A stretch of 64,000 nucleotides of DNA from NCBI GenBank assembly GCA_023213395.1, contig CM041465.1, positions 37,827,741 through 37,891,740 of the forward strand. Direction: 5' to 3'. Of this stretch, positions 12,103 through 27,100 are shown piece by piece. Under the pieces are notes generated by a model. The model was given only the letters and a program-made list of their open reading frames with translations, ran no database searches and was not told the DNA's origin. A program made the position numbers and the translations under genes. Within the stretch, counting starts at the first letter, position 1; each line of letters begins with the position of its first letter. The DNA comes from Cycas panzhihuaensis. Lineage: Eukaryota > Plantae > Cycadophyta.

Positions 12103-15100
12103 TTATTAGAATATTAAGTTTTATGAATATTGATATAATGTTTAATTAGTGGTGAGTCATCATTAGTCAATGTAAAAGGCTCTCACACATGAGTTGACTA
12201 GTTGATGTATCAACATGATATTGATAAATGAGATGATGGATCTATATGTATGTACACAAACCATTTAAATATTTGAGATGAGCTAATAAGGAGAACAAAT
12301 CTCTACCCTTCTTATCTGATTTTTTCCATCTTAGGTTTCTACATATAAATTTGGCATCTTATGATGATGTCTTTTTTGCGTACATGCTTGTGCTATACTA
12401 ATGTGTGTATATATTCATTAATATACTTGAATGACTATCATAGAAACCTTATGAATGATTTATATTATATTATTATTCATTATAAGCTACATATTGATGA
12501 ATCCTCTTACATGATTATATAAGAAATTATCTTATGTAATAAATTCTAACATTATATCACAACTTCTACATAAATCATTTCATAAATTTTAACATAGTAT
12601 CAAAGCATGGATGGAGAGATCCTAAAGAGAGCAAAGTGAAAAAGCCCTGATGAGGCATCATATCAAATTTACACAATAGAAATATGAAGTATGGTAAAGC
12701 ATATTAGTAAAGCAGGTTGAAAACCACACATACATGGTGATGATCTCTACTATCTAAGGATAATACATGCATATGTTGTGTAATCCAATATTGATCCAAT
12801 AACAAGCCAATATGGCATGGTACTAAAAGTTAATTTGATGAGTCAAAAACTAAATTATGCCAATAATATATAATAGAGATTATTAAGGTAAGATGAAGAA
12901 GATGATAAAGATTATGATATAAGATAAAAATGGAATCTCCTTGTTGATAAGCAATTATTGTTATGATTTTTATCAATGTATTATTACACATGCGGTGCAT
13001 AATATCATAAGTATTTAAGTTTTATTAGAAATCCGTGATTAATAACTAAATGAAGAAGAGGAATGATTGCCTTATGTAGGACTAATCACCCTATAAAGGA
13101 GAATAAAATTGCTATACAATGATGAAGTCATCTCTCATACCTCGTTTTACTTTATTTTTTTTTCATGTTATTTATAGATTTTCTTCCATTTAATAATATT
13201 TTTTTAACAAAACTTATTATCATTACTAAAAGATGAGAGAAATTGTGATATTTATGGAAAAGTTTATGAGATTCCACATATATTTATTGGTGAGATTTTG
13301 TAAAGAACAATTATGGTTTAAAGAGGCTTGAAGTAGGTATGAAATAATAAGTGTTTTATTAAAAATCTATAATTTTAGATGTATAAATGGTCAAATTTGA
13401 AAAAAATAATTATAGATTTGAGACAACTAAACCCATGTCATAAATTTTAAATGGCTATACTATAAGATTTAAAGTAAATTTGTGAAATTCATAAAAGTTT
13501 CAATTTCAACCTATTGATTATTGTTATCTATAGTGCAAAAAAAAATGTTATAGTGACTTTAAATATCTATAATATTTGCTATATATATCTAATTAACTTC
13601 AATTTTTTTCTAAATTTATACATCTTAAAATTTACTTTCTATTGGAAGTGGTTTTAATTCAATAAGATATCAGAATAAAAAAGTTATAAATGATATAGTA
13701 ATAGGTATAGTCATTATTGCCAATGTATTTTTAATAACATGATGACACTATTTTGAGCATAACTTCTTTATCTGAGATCAAATTTGAATGTTGTTTGAAC
13801 TATTAAAAAAAAGACTCAAATATGGACAAAATGAGTGGTGATGATCCATATTTCAAGAATTGCATGATAGATATTTTAATCGATCAATTTGAGTAAGTAA
13901 TTTTAAGCATGATAAAAAGTGAATTTTTTGAGTATTTTAAGACATGATTTTATATTTTTTAATGTTTTTAAAGGCTCCTAAATATATAATAATGCAAATG
14001 GATATTTGATGATGAGTTTAATATATTTGATATAGTGTGTATACTAATAATCAAATGAAATGACATAAATTTAGCATGGAAAGTCAATGAAATCACTTAG
14101 TTTGGCGTATGATTTGGTTACATAAATGAGACATCATCTGATTCTTCAAATATTCAATTAAATTATTAAATGATAGATATATTTGATAGCACCTAATGAT
14201 TGAAAGTTTGAGAGTTTGAATTGTTATTAGTTCAGTTATTGTTAATTAGATGGATGTTTGAGTTGCCCACTTGATATGAGATATGGAGAGGTCTTATAAG
14301 TTGGTTTAATTGATTGGCAGTAATAGTTGTGAGTTATCTATAAAACTAAGTTTAGTTGTTAAAAAGTCTAACCAATATGTGTTCTTAATTTGAAATCTAA
14401 TAGCCATGTATGATAAGATGCATAAAATACATTATACATGTTACCGTATTGTAACGAACTTGATAAGCCAAGTGGTATGCCATGTTCTTAGAGTTAGTTG
14501 GTTTGAGAATTGATTGAAAATAATTGGTTGCCAAAGAAAGCTACAAGGTATAACTTATACAAAATTATTTGTAAAACATAAGTTTTCCATATCTCGTAAG
14601 ACAAGAGACGAGAAAAGATTCAAAAGCTACTCATGTTACAGCATATTTGTCTAACCATAATATGTTATATTTACTTATAATGCTAATGAAACACAAATGA
14701 GAAACAATTTTAGTTACCTAGTAATTGCAATGATTTGTTATCTATATATTTCAATAGATGCTTGTTGTTTTATATGGATATCAATAATTTAATTTGTTAT
14801 TAAATTAATGAGTTTATTTTATAATTTACAAGTGGAGAATATAAATTTGTTGAAAAGAGACCTCATATGACATGATGAGTTGTAAGCCATATTTGATTAA
14901 TAGTTTATAGATGGTGATATAAGAGACATGAGAAGATTTACTTATAAAAGAACAAGCAATAAAGGTAAGTTTGATGGTTAACAGGCATAAGTAATATGAG
15001 ATATATAATTGATAGGTGTTCCAATATGAAGACAAAGATAAAGATATTTAAATTTTACAAATTAAATATTAAGAGAGGAGTATAAGAATATCAAGGCTTA

Positions 15101-15227
15101 CTAATATCAATATAATGTTTAATTAATAATGAGTCATCATTAATCGATGTAAAAGGTTCTCACACAAGTTGATTGAATGATGTATTAGAATGACATAATC
15201 AGTTAAGACATGAGGTGATGGATTTAT

Positions 15228-15337
<110 letters not shown>

Positions 15338-16516
15338 CATTTAAATATTTAAGATGAGCTAATGGAGAGAGCAAAGTGCCACCCTTCTCATATAGTTTTT
15401 CTCATCTTGGATTTTCCATGTATAAGTATAGTGTCTCTTGACGATATCTTTCTTGTATGTATTATTGTGTTATACTAATGTATACATATCTTCATTCACG
15501 TGCTTAAATGATTATCATAAATACCTTATGAATGATTTCTATTACTTATTATTTATTGTAAATTATATATTAATGAATAATTCACATATCATCATGTATG
15601 ATTATATAAATTATTATCTACAATAAATTGTAACATCATATCATAGCTTATGATAAGGACAGCTTGTAAGAAAATAAGTGAAAGTGGGAAGTCTAGAAAC
15701 TTTCAATTATTTTCTTACATACACCAATACAAAATAAGAAAAAACCAAAGAGAAAGCCTAAATAATAAAAAGAATAATTTTTCTTCTAATTCTAATTCCA
15801 TTCATTCTGATAAATGATAGTCTAAAATTATATTTATTTAAGTGAAAGTGGGAAGTCTAGAAACTTCTAACCCTAACCCTAAAAACTTCTCAATTATGTA
15901 AAATAGTATATAACTCCATGTTTTTAAGTCAATTCTTACTAAGAAAAACTATACCACTAAGGGTTATTACATAAAAGTGAAAACTAGTCTAAAACTAACT
16001 ACTATTTTTAGACATATAAAATAAATCTCAATTTTTAGGCATTTTTAGAGTGGTTTTTGATATGAAAACTCTGGACTTATGATGGGCCTTTGGCTCTACC
16101 CTAGGTGATTTTTTCCTATTCTACTTAAATAGACCTTCTATTTAGCATTGAAATGACTAAATTCTAATCATTGAGTCAAAAGTTATGCTTTAATTAGTAG
16201 ACCTCAAAATTTAGAGTTAAATGACTAAAAAAAATTAGATATTAGAGAGCAGAGTAGAGCAGTTGAACGTAAGTCAATCCATATTGTAAATGTACATTTA
16301 AAATATCATTGTATTTAATCCATCTTAAGAGTACATTAAATTCCTTTATGATGGTGGTGTTAAACACTAAGGTTTTGGCCCTAAAGAATAAATATGCGGG
16401 AGGAGGGCGGGAACCCTCCTTAACCTGAAATTTGAAATATAATAAACTAATAACAAATCATAATAAAATAATCTCACATGATAGTTGGGGATAACTCACA
16501 CGGTCTCAATGCAAGG

Positions 16517-17176
16517 TTAGGTGATGAGCACTAACCCAACATTCTTCCTCTTAATGGTCATCGCATGCATCTTTAACTTCTTTTTGAACTTGTGATACTT
16601 ATACTTGAGGAAAACTTTAAATACAAGTCCTTTGGCTTTATCATCATCCTTGAAATCATCAACCTGTAATATTATTCTTTTAGCAATAGGTGTCTCAAAT
16701 GGTTTACAAGTAGGTGTGGCTTGATTCAAATGAGTAAGAGTGGCTTTGTCAAGATCTTTGCCTTTTACTTTAATCAACTCTAAGGTACATATAACTTCAT
16801 CAAATGCAATATTAGTCTTTTTAACAAAGTTCACCTACTTTAACATTTGTCTTACAAGCAAAACATCATCAATGTAATTAGCAACATTTAATTCCAAAGT
16901 ATCTCCCCCATAAACTGATTCTAAGGTATCCCATATAGATTTGGAAGTAGTTAACTCACTTACACTAGAAAATATATTGTCATCTATGGCATAAAAAATT
17001 AGGACTAAGGCCTCATCATCCTTTTCCGTGTCTTCTTTAACATTTGGTTCATAACCATCTTTTCGATATTTCCAAGGATCGCTTGTAATAAAGTATGTTT
17101 TTATCAAATTCTTCCAAGATAAAAAACTAGTGCCATTAAACATGGGAATCATCATATTACCCAAATAGGTGGCCAT
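16517..17176 (-). pseudogene. gag: Copia gag N-terminal domain plus possible RNase H C-terminal tail, one in-frame TAG
   Basis: IPMFNGTSFLSWK...ALVLIFYAIDDNIFSSVSELTTSKSIWDTLESVYGG; ORFs 16835-17176 and 16517-16834 abut in the same frame. Confidence 0.8.
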
Positions 17177-19437
17177 TATAAGAGATTTTAATGCATGATC
17201 AAAAAGATATGATTTTTAATAAACAAATAAGAAAACTTTTAATCTCAAATGAATAAATAACTTGAAATATGTAATCAATTTATTTTCACAAGAATTTTAA
17301 TCATAATTTCAACATAGATTTCTCTTTAATCAATGTAGGATAATAACATAGCAATAAAGAATATATCCCTTCAAATTGAGAATAACAAATAAATCTGTAA
17401 TATGTAGTAAATCTCCTTTTAAGCAAGATCAATTTCCTTTTTAGAATGAAACTAATATTCAATCAATGATCCTTTCAAATGGTGATATATATATATAAAC
17501 CTTAAAAATAAAGAATTATGAAGTAAGCATGTAGTTATATAATAAAATGCACCTTGAAATTCTTAAAAAGGACAAAAATAAGCTTATAACTATGCACTAT
17601 AATGCATCTTAAAGCTTTTAAAAGCAATGGCCTTAAATCAATTAAAATATGTCTTTTACTAGTGAATCAAAACTTGAAATATATATAAATTTTTAAATAA
17701 ATATCTCTTTAATCATGAGAATATAATGAAAAAATGCTCCTTGAATAATCGTATGCAGTCTAAATGCGATTTGAAAGGCTTTAAGGAGGTAAAACAAAAC
17801 TTGAACAAATAAAAATATACCTTAAGAGATCTTTAGATTTAAGTTTATATGCTAATAATATAAAGTGACATCTATACAGGGTACTAGTTTAATGGTTTTG
17901 ATCCTAAATGGGGCTCATTCTCTTCAAGAAGCCAAAATGTAGATAAATAGCTATATAATTGAGTTAAGAGCCTCTAAAATTGGCAAAAATCTATCAACAC
18001 TTGATTAATAGCTCAATAATAAACAAATGTCCTGAGTTAGAGTGAAATTTTTATTTGAAATATTTAAAAATATATCCAACTAGGACTAAATAGGAGCCTT
18101 AAATTTATCAGCTTCAAAACCTTACAAAATAGTGTCAGATCGTAATGAAACCTATTCTAATATGTAGAAAATCAAAAAATATTTTTATCAAATCCAATCG
18201 TTCGAAAAACAGGCTCCTGGATCAAAAGTTATTGCAAAAAATGTACAAGGACCTATTTAAGGCAAAAAATTAAGTTTGGGGGGTACAAACTTGAAAAGTT
18301 ATTAAAAATTACAAAATTTTAAAATCTAAAATTATTAAATATGCCCTAATAGATTTTCAAATTTGCCCTCAAATTTAAAAACAGAGGTCGTATAGGGCCT
18401 CAATGGGACCATTGGCTAGGGTCAAAGGGGGGCTACAGATTTGAAATAATATGAAATATAACTAAATATTTAAAATCCTAAATTATTAATAAATTTTTAA
18501 TGCCCACATCTTTTACGAAGGACCACGGTCACATGGAGGTACAAGGGACCATAGGTTAATGTAAGGGGACATATTTAAATATTTATATAATCAAATTAAA
18601 TTAAATTTGAACTACACAAAGAATAAATATAAAAATCAAATAATTTTTTAACTTGAAACCTATGGATTCCACGTGCACACACAGGGTATATTCAAGGAGC
18701 TCAATCTTCTTATAAAGACAACATATTACCATGAAATTTTAGAGGTATCTAGATATGATATCTAGCTCGATGCCTGTCAAGTTTTGTCAAAAATAAAGAC
18801 TCATAGATTGACAATAAAGCAGTAGAAGCCAAGTAGGCTAATGAGGATAACTAGAGGTCAAACGATCAATCTAATCGATTAAAATAAGTACTAAAAATCC
18901 CTGAAAATCACACTATCTCGGGTGTAGGGGCTGGGCACCCTAATTCATAAAATAATTTAAGAGAAAAATAATAATAAATTAATTAAAAATGAGAAAATAC
19001 AGACTAGCAGTCAGTTTTTCATAAATCTGTAGAGTGACTTAACTTCCGGGAGGGATTTTTTATTAATTGATTAATGAAATTACGTAACGTCTTCTCTATT
19101 GTAAAGTAGACTCAAAGAGGAATGTAATGAGTAATCATATGCAATAGTTTTGATCATTCGTTGATGCACAACAATCCATTAAAATTTAGGTAAACTATTT
19201 CAACTTGAAACTTTAAAAAAACATTGAGAAAAAATAAAAGTTTCTTCTAAAATCTTAATATACCTATTCCAAATCGTAATTGGATTTAATATAATCAAGA
19301 ATCCTATAAAAAAAATGTTACTTTGTAGATTGTGGGAGCAACCAATAACTTGTATGGCAAATGGAGGTGCGCATAGATTTTAAAAAAGCGTAGAACAATA
19401 GATTTTGATAAATTTAATTCAAAATTATATAAATGAG

Positions 19438-19438
<1 letters not shown>

Positions 19439-19470
<32 letters not shown>
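19439..19470. repeat. (TA)16 microsatellite in the leader of F
   Basis: Seen directly. Confidence 0.95.
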
Positions 19471-19476
<6 letters not shown>

Positions 19477-19908
19477 TAAATAATATAAGATTTGTAGGAG
19501 AGCCAACTTCGCTACCTAGAACTTGGGAGCTTTGATATCAAATGTTGGATATTAGAGAGCAGATCGAAGCAGATGAATGTAAGTCAAGCCATATTATAAA
19601 TGCACATTCGAAATATCATTATATTCAATCCATCTTAAGAGTACATCAAATTTCTTTGTGATGGTGGTGTTGAAGAACATTGGGGGTTTTGGCACCAAAG
19701 AATAAATATGTAGGAGGAGGGCGAAAGCCCTCCTCAACCTGAAATTTAAAATACAATCAAATAATAACAAAGCATAATAAAATAATCTCACCTGATGGTT
19801 GGGGGCAGCTCACATGATCCCAATGCAAGGTTAGGTGATGAGCATTAACCCAATAAAGAAGTGAAAAATAGATGAAACTATGATGAAGGTTTAGATGCTC
19901 TCATATTA

Positions 19909-22900
19909 TCCTCCCTGGGCAAAAAAAAACTCTCTCCCTGTAAGTTATTATAATGAATTTCTTGCCATTTTTTAAAATTCAACCATTTTAATTCTTCTTC
20001 AATGATGTAGGTATTGTCTGCTTATAGTAGAACTTTCTATTGCACTAGGTACCTATTATAATTTTCCTATCATACACTCATTACTTTCATATCTAATACC
20101 TTATTAATTTCTTCTCACTTCTTCCTTGGCATTTGGAGCTCCCAACTTACCACTCCACCTTCATAATCTACCTCTTCATCCCCTTCATGATATGCATATA
20201 GATCTGAAACATTAAAAATAGGAGAGATATCAAAGTGTTCAGGAAGATTCACCTCGTATGCATTATCACTGATCCTTTTTATAATATGACATGGTCCAAC
20301 CTTTTTGTATTTGAGTTCGTTGTAGGTCCCTTGGGGGAATCTATCTTTCCTTAAGTAAACCATTACTAAATCACCTTCTTCAAATACCTTATATCTGTGG
20401 GTCCTATCTACTACTTCCTTATACTTTTTATTATTGTCCTATAACTTTTTCCTTACCTCCTCATGAACTTGTTGTATATGCTCTACATAAGCTTCTACAT
20501 TGTCACTCACCTTTTCGCTAATAGGTAGGTGTACTAAATCTAGTATACCCTTAGGGTTTCTACCATACACAACTTAAAAATGTAACTTATCTATTGACCT
20601 ATTTATAAAACTATTATATTCAAATTCTACATGGGCTAATACTAAATCCCATTATTTGGGATTCTCCTAATGATGCACCTTAGCAAATTTCCTACACTTC
20701 TGTTTACCACTTTAGTTTACCTATCAATTTGTGGATTTTAGGTACTACTATACTCGAGTTTTATTCCTAGCTTCTTCTATAGAGTCTTCTAGAAGTAGAT
20801 TAAGAACTTTTTATCCTAATTTAAAGTGATAGTTTTTGGGATGCCATGCAACCTTGTAACCTCTTTAAAGAATAAATATGTTATCCTAACTGCATCATTT
20901 ATCTTCTTACATGTAATAAAATAAACCATTTTTTAGAAACAATCAACGATGATGAAAATTAAATCATTATCTCTTTGTCTATATGGTAATCCCAATATAA
21001 AGCCCATGCTCAAGTCTATCCATGGTCCTTCAAGTACTAGTAAGAGCATATATAAGCCAATATTATATGCATGCCCCTTACCTATTTGATATATCCTACA
21101 ATATACCACAAATCATGCCATATTGCTCTTTATTCGAGGCCAAAAATATTTTTTCTCTATTAAAACTATGGTCTTATTTTGACCAAAATGTACTCCAAGA
21201 CCTCTATTATGAAACGCTTGTATGATGTTCTCTCTCATAGAGCCCACTAGCATACACAATTGCCTTTTCTTAAATAAATATCCATCCTTATAAAGTAATT
21301 ATCACATGAAGAATCATGCCCCTCAATTAAAAGATTCTTATAGTACTTAACAATTGTTTTAAAGTCAAAGTCTAAGTTATATAAATCCTTAATAGCTTTA
21401 AATCCTATCACAGCGTTTTCCATGATGGTCAATAATTCCACTTGCCTACTTAATGCATCAGCAACACAGTTTAGTTTTCCTGATTTATGCTTTAAAATAA
21501 TTATAAAACTTTGTAGATAAGATACCCACTTAACCTGCCTATCATTTAATTTCCTTTGGGTATTTACATACCTCAAGGCTTGGTAATCAATAAATAGGAC
21601 AAATTCTTTAGGTATGAGATAATGCTTCCAATCCCGCAAAGCTCAAACAATTTTATAAAATTCCAAGTCATAGGTTGAATACCTTCTTCTTATCTCATTA
21701 AGCTTTTCACTATAAAATGTTATAGGTCTCTCTTCTTAACTAGGCACTGCTCCAATTACAATATGTGATGCATTATAATCAATCTCAAAATACCTTTTTC
21801 TTTAAGAATTGGAAGTTATTCTCTACTTCCTTTGTCCATGTCAACCTGTTACCCTTCATGCTGATTGTTAAGAATGTAATAATTCCACTAAAGTTTCTAA
21901 TGAACTTTCTATAAAATTGAGCCAAACCATGAAAACTTCTTACCTTTATCATAGTCCTAGGTGTTATCCACTCAATAATTACCATGATCTTCTCCTCATA
22001 TATTTTCAATCCCTCTTGTGAAATCGCAAAGCCTAGAAATACTAAGCTTCCTTGCATAAACTTGCACTTCCTCATATTAGTATATAACTTCTCTCTCTTT
22101 AATACTTTAAGTACCATCATTAAGTGTATTAAGTGCTCTTCCTTAATCTTACTAAAAATAAGAATATCATCAAAATACACAATTATAAACTTACTAATGA
22201 ATGGTCACAACATAGTGTTCACTAATCTTATGAATGTGCTTAGAGCATTTGACATCCCAAATGGCATGACTAGCCATTTATATAATCCATTCCTCATCCT
22301 AAAGGCTATCTTCCACTTGTCCCTTTTATGAATTTGAAGATGACGATAACCGCTCTTGAGGTTGATCTTCGTAAAGTAGGAAGCACTTGCTAATACATCT
22401 AATATATCATCCATACAAAATATAAGAAATCAATATTTAGTTATTACCTGGTTGATCACTCTATAATTAACACATTTGTCATGAACCATCTTTTTTTAGA
22501 GTCACCAATGTTGGAATAGCACAGAGACTTAAGCTTTCTCTTACCATTCCCTTTTATACCAATTCATTGACTTATCGATTTAACTCCTCATTCTCCATTA
22601 GGCTTAACTAATAAGTTACGTAATTTGGTAAACTCAACCCTAGAATTAGGTCAATTTGATGTTGAATGTCTCTCATTAGTGGTAATCCATTAGGTAACTC
22701 CTCTGGCATAATGTCATTGTACTTCTCCAATAACTCTACTACCTCACTTGGTATCTCTATGTTATCCTCCTTTATCTTACTATTAAGGTATAATAAGTGC
22801 TAGCCTTTCACACATGTTCTAGAATCCTTTAGCAGTCAACATGCTTTCTACATGTCCTTCTTCCTTAAATGGTAATAACTTCACCTATATACCATTCTTC

Positions 22901-24152
22901 CATAATGTATAAGTATTATCCTTACCATTATGAAAGGCATTCATGTCATATTGCCATAGTCTCCCTAATAATAAATGGCATACATCCATCGAGATCACAT
23001 CACACCATATCTCATCTTGATATGATTTCTCAATATTAAATTTAACCAAGTATCTCTTATCAGCAATCACCTCATTTCCTTTTTTGAACCAAGAAATGTG
23101 ATATGGATGTGGGTGTGCTACATCTTAACTTCTCTACCATTTCATTAGAGACCACATTCTCATAACTACCACCATCAATTATAACTTTACATACCTTTCC
23201 TTATGTAGTACATCTTGTCCTGAAAATGTTAGTTTGTAACCATGAATCATCACCTATATTGACCTTTCCTTTATTTTTCATGGGCTATCATCTTGGTTTT
23301 TTTTGAAGCATTAAGCTCTCATATTTATCTGCTATGACTTCTTCATTATCATCTTCATTTTGGACCAAGTTTATCCTTAGATGCTCTTCTTGCATTCGAG
23401 ATTATTTCTCATGGTAATAAGGGCATATCCTTCTTCCTCACATTTGAAACAAACAAAAGGTCTCATCCATCATCTTCCACCACCAAAACCTCTACCTCAT
23501 TGGGCTCCTAAAAATCCTTTTCCTTTGAGTTGGTTTTGAGCTCCTCTTCCTCTTTGCATTCTACCATGCACCTTCACTTTTTATCTTTCCATCCTATTGA
23601 ATGATTCTCCTCTAACATAGGGAATTCCTCTTCTACCTTTATATAAAGGTGATGAACCTCTTTTCATCACAAAGGGCCTTTGAGTGATATGTTTATTTTG
23701 CTTCCCTTCTACCTTCAATGCTAATTAATATGCATCTTCCATGCTTTTAACCCTATGCATGCTAAGTTCATCTTGAATTGAAAATATTAAACCATTTATA
23801 TACCTTACAACAACTTGTTTATCTGTCTTCTTATGCTCCACATGAATGGAGAGCTTATATAAATCATCTGTGTAGTCTTGTATTGTCATTTCTTTCTTCT
23901 TTAAGTGTTAGAACTTTCTAAAGAGATTTTGAGAATAGTCAATTAGTTCATGTTTCGATCTTTTCCTTTTCTTTCTTTACCCTCTCCTTTTGTAGATGAT
24001 CCCACCAAATAGTTGTATGTCCCTTTAACTTTGTGTATGCAATCTTTATCATCTTTTATTTAATCATGCTTTTCCATTCAAAGAACTTCTCCATGGCATT
24101 TAGCCAATCTACTAGCTCCTCTACTTTTAAACTCCCTTAGTAGTTTGGAATA
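19909..24152 (-). pseudogene. gag-pol: Gypsy E gag-pol (gag C-terminal part, protease, RT, RNase H, integrase, chromodomain), disrupted; gag N-terminus at 29495-~29750
   Basis: ORF fragments 22885-23070, 22205-22414, 21785-22180, 21247-21639, 20115-20363 ([19 protein letters not shown]); terminal chromodomain-like KVLDMK...RYLVQ*K...DNTYI. Confidence 0.9.
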
Positions 24153-27100
24153 TATTGAAAAAACTAGGTCCCAATAACTAAAAACCGCTACCAAGATCTA
24201 AACTATTTTACAACTAGTTACAAGAATTGAAACTGAAATATAACATACAAGCTCTTAAACCAGAGATAATACAATAAATAAATTAGAAAGATAAAGCATC
24301 ATATATACACTAGATATAATGTGGTAAAATCCTAGCAGCATATTAGGGAAATATCCACACAAAAAAGGTATCAATCTTTATTATCCAAGAATAGAGAAAT
24401 GTATATAATCTATAGTAGAATGCTCACAACAATAATAACTAACCATCTCTACTCAATACAATACATATAATACACTAAATACCATCAACACAATAAAAAA
24501 ACACCTTAAATAGAGCTATATGAGAGTCATATAAGGCACAAATCTCGACCATCAAATCTGGAGTATTTTGAATGAACGACCCTGATTCTCTTTACAATTT
24601 AGTATGTTTTATAGCACTAGTTTTTTTAGTCCGAGACTACCACCCCTAAACCTCCCATTTACGATGAGGGGTTTTAGTACCCTCTAGCCAAGGGAGGCTC
24701 TCACTCCCCTTGGATCCCCTAACGAAAGTTTATGGAGAAACTGTCCTGCCAACCTGTCAAAATTTTTACCTCCAAAACATTATTGTCACATTATCTAACA
24801 ATTCCCACCTTGACAACAATTTACCTAATACCTTTCTTAGACCATTCATTACCTTTTCTGTAAACTAAGAGAAGTCAAGTACTATTTGAACATATCTAAT
24901 AGTACTAGTTTTGTGAACATGTTAGCACAATTCTGTTTTATTTTAACCTTCTCAAGTACCACTCTAACTACTTCCATAACCTCTCTAACAAAATGGTACT
25001 TAAGAGCAATATGCTTTGTCCTACTATGATAAGTTAGACTCTTTGCTAAATAAATGGTACTTTAATTATTACAAAATATCTTTACCTTTTCATGTTTCCT
25101 TCTAAGCTCAACTAATAGACCCTATAACTATATTACTTCCTTACAAGTATGTGTTGTGGTAATATATTTTGCTTCTATAGTAGATAGTGTAATTATACTC
25201 TATAATTTTGACATCTAACTAACGGAACCATTTGCAAAAGTAAACGCATAACCCAAAGTAGACATTCTCTTACCTAAATCTCTTGTAAAGTCTGAATCAA
25301 CATATCCACAAACCTGATTACCTATACCATCAAAGGTGATGCAATAGTCACTTGTGCCCCTTAAATACCAAAGCACCAATTTTATTATTGTCGAATGTTC
25401 CTTTCCTAGATTTTCCATAAACTTGCTAACTATATCGACTGCATGTGAAATGTTGGGTCTTATACATACCATGGCATACATCAAACTTCCTACTGCACTA
25501 TCATAAGGTACATGAGATATATAATCATTTTCTTCTTCACTACTATGACTCATACTCAAAGAAAGATTAAAATGGGAAGCCAACAGGATACTAATTACTT
25601 TCACATTTGCCATACCAAATCTAGTTAACATCGTCTCCACATATTTCTGTTGTGATAAGCATAGCTTACCATTTTTCCTATCTCTATATATCTCTATGTC
25701 TAAGATTTATTTTACAGCTCCTAGATGCTTCATATCAAAAGTCCTAGCTAATTGAGCCTTTAACTTGTTGATCTTTGTCATACTCTTGTTTACAACCAAC
25801 ATGTCATTAACATACAATACCTAGATAATGAATAAGCCATTATCTAAGAATTTGAAGTAAACACAATGATTATACTTACTTCTTTTAAAATTTTAGCTCT
25901 CTATAAAGGTATCAAACTTCTTATACCATTGCCTGGGTGATTGTTTTAGGCCATACAATGATTTCTTGAGCTTGCAAATAAGACTTTTCCTGTAATCCTA
26001 TACAAACCTTTTAGCTGATCTATACAGATCTCCTTATTTAAATCTCCACACAGAAAAGTTATTTTTACATCTAATTGCTCCAACTCTAAATCAAGAGAAG
26101 CTACCGATGCTAACAAAATCCAAATTGAAACAAGTTTAACAACTAGTGAAAAAATCTCATGAAAATCAATACATATTTTTTGTGTAAAGCCTTTAGCCAC
26201 TAGTCTTGCCCTATATTTATCAACCTTTCTATCAACATCTATTTTCTTCTTAAAAACCTACCTGCAACTAACAGTCTTCCTACCATGTGGAAATTCTACT
26301 AAGTCCCATGAATTTTTTTTTTTAAGCATCTATCTCTTCCTGCATAGCTCTTTTTCACTTCTCATTATGTATATCATCTGCTGCTTCCTGATAACATGTA
26401 GGGCCACCATCATTAGAAACTAAAGCAATAGAAATTGAGAGTTGTATATGTCAAGTGGATGACTGACTCATGTAGATCTTCTAATAGTTGGTAAAGGAGT
26501 GTCCACATATTCCTGTAAATATATTGCAAATTCATCTTCAAAAAGCTATTCCTTCTTTTCCATTTCTAAAGATGGTTGGGTCTCAAGTTTGACATGTTGA
26601 TGTTTAACTTTCTACTCCTATTTCACTTCAATGTTTACACTATCTAATTTTAGAAAGGGTGATTCATCAAATAAAACATCTCTATTAATAGTGATTTTAT
26701 GGGTAGTAGGATCCCACAACTTGTATCCCTTCACACCATCTCTATCACCATAACCAATAAAGATACATCTCTTGGATTTCAGGTCTAATTTTGAATGTTG
26801 ACTTTTATTAGTTAAGACATAAGCATCAAAACCAAAAACTTTGAAATTTGAATAGTTGCATGGATGTCTAGTCCATACCTCTTCAAGAATCTTATAGTCT
26901 ATTACAAGTGACGGTGACCTGTTTATCAAATAAGAAGTTGTCTGAACAACTTCTGCCCATAAGCCCTACTCCACTCCTACATTACTCAGCATGCTTCTCT
27001 CTCTTTCCAAGAGTGTCATATTTATGTACTCAGCTACTCCATTCTGTTGTGGAGTATAGCTAGTGGTCTTGTACCTTTCGATCCTAACTTCTCTACAATA

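Larger units (their letters stand above)
16233..19855 (-). mobile_element. Non-autonomous Copia-derived element F (TR-GAG-like, 3.6 kb) inside the 3' LTR of E
   Basis: LTRs 16233-16541 and 19543-19855; PBS gctttgatatca 19529-19540; PPT ttcttcctctt 16542-16552; TSD AAAAA/AAGAA; no RT or integrase. Confidence 0.9.

Noticed and set aside
15867-15885. ctaaccctaaccctaaa as an interstitial telomere
   Set aside because: Only about two units, inside an LTR, and not conserved in the partner LTR.
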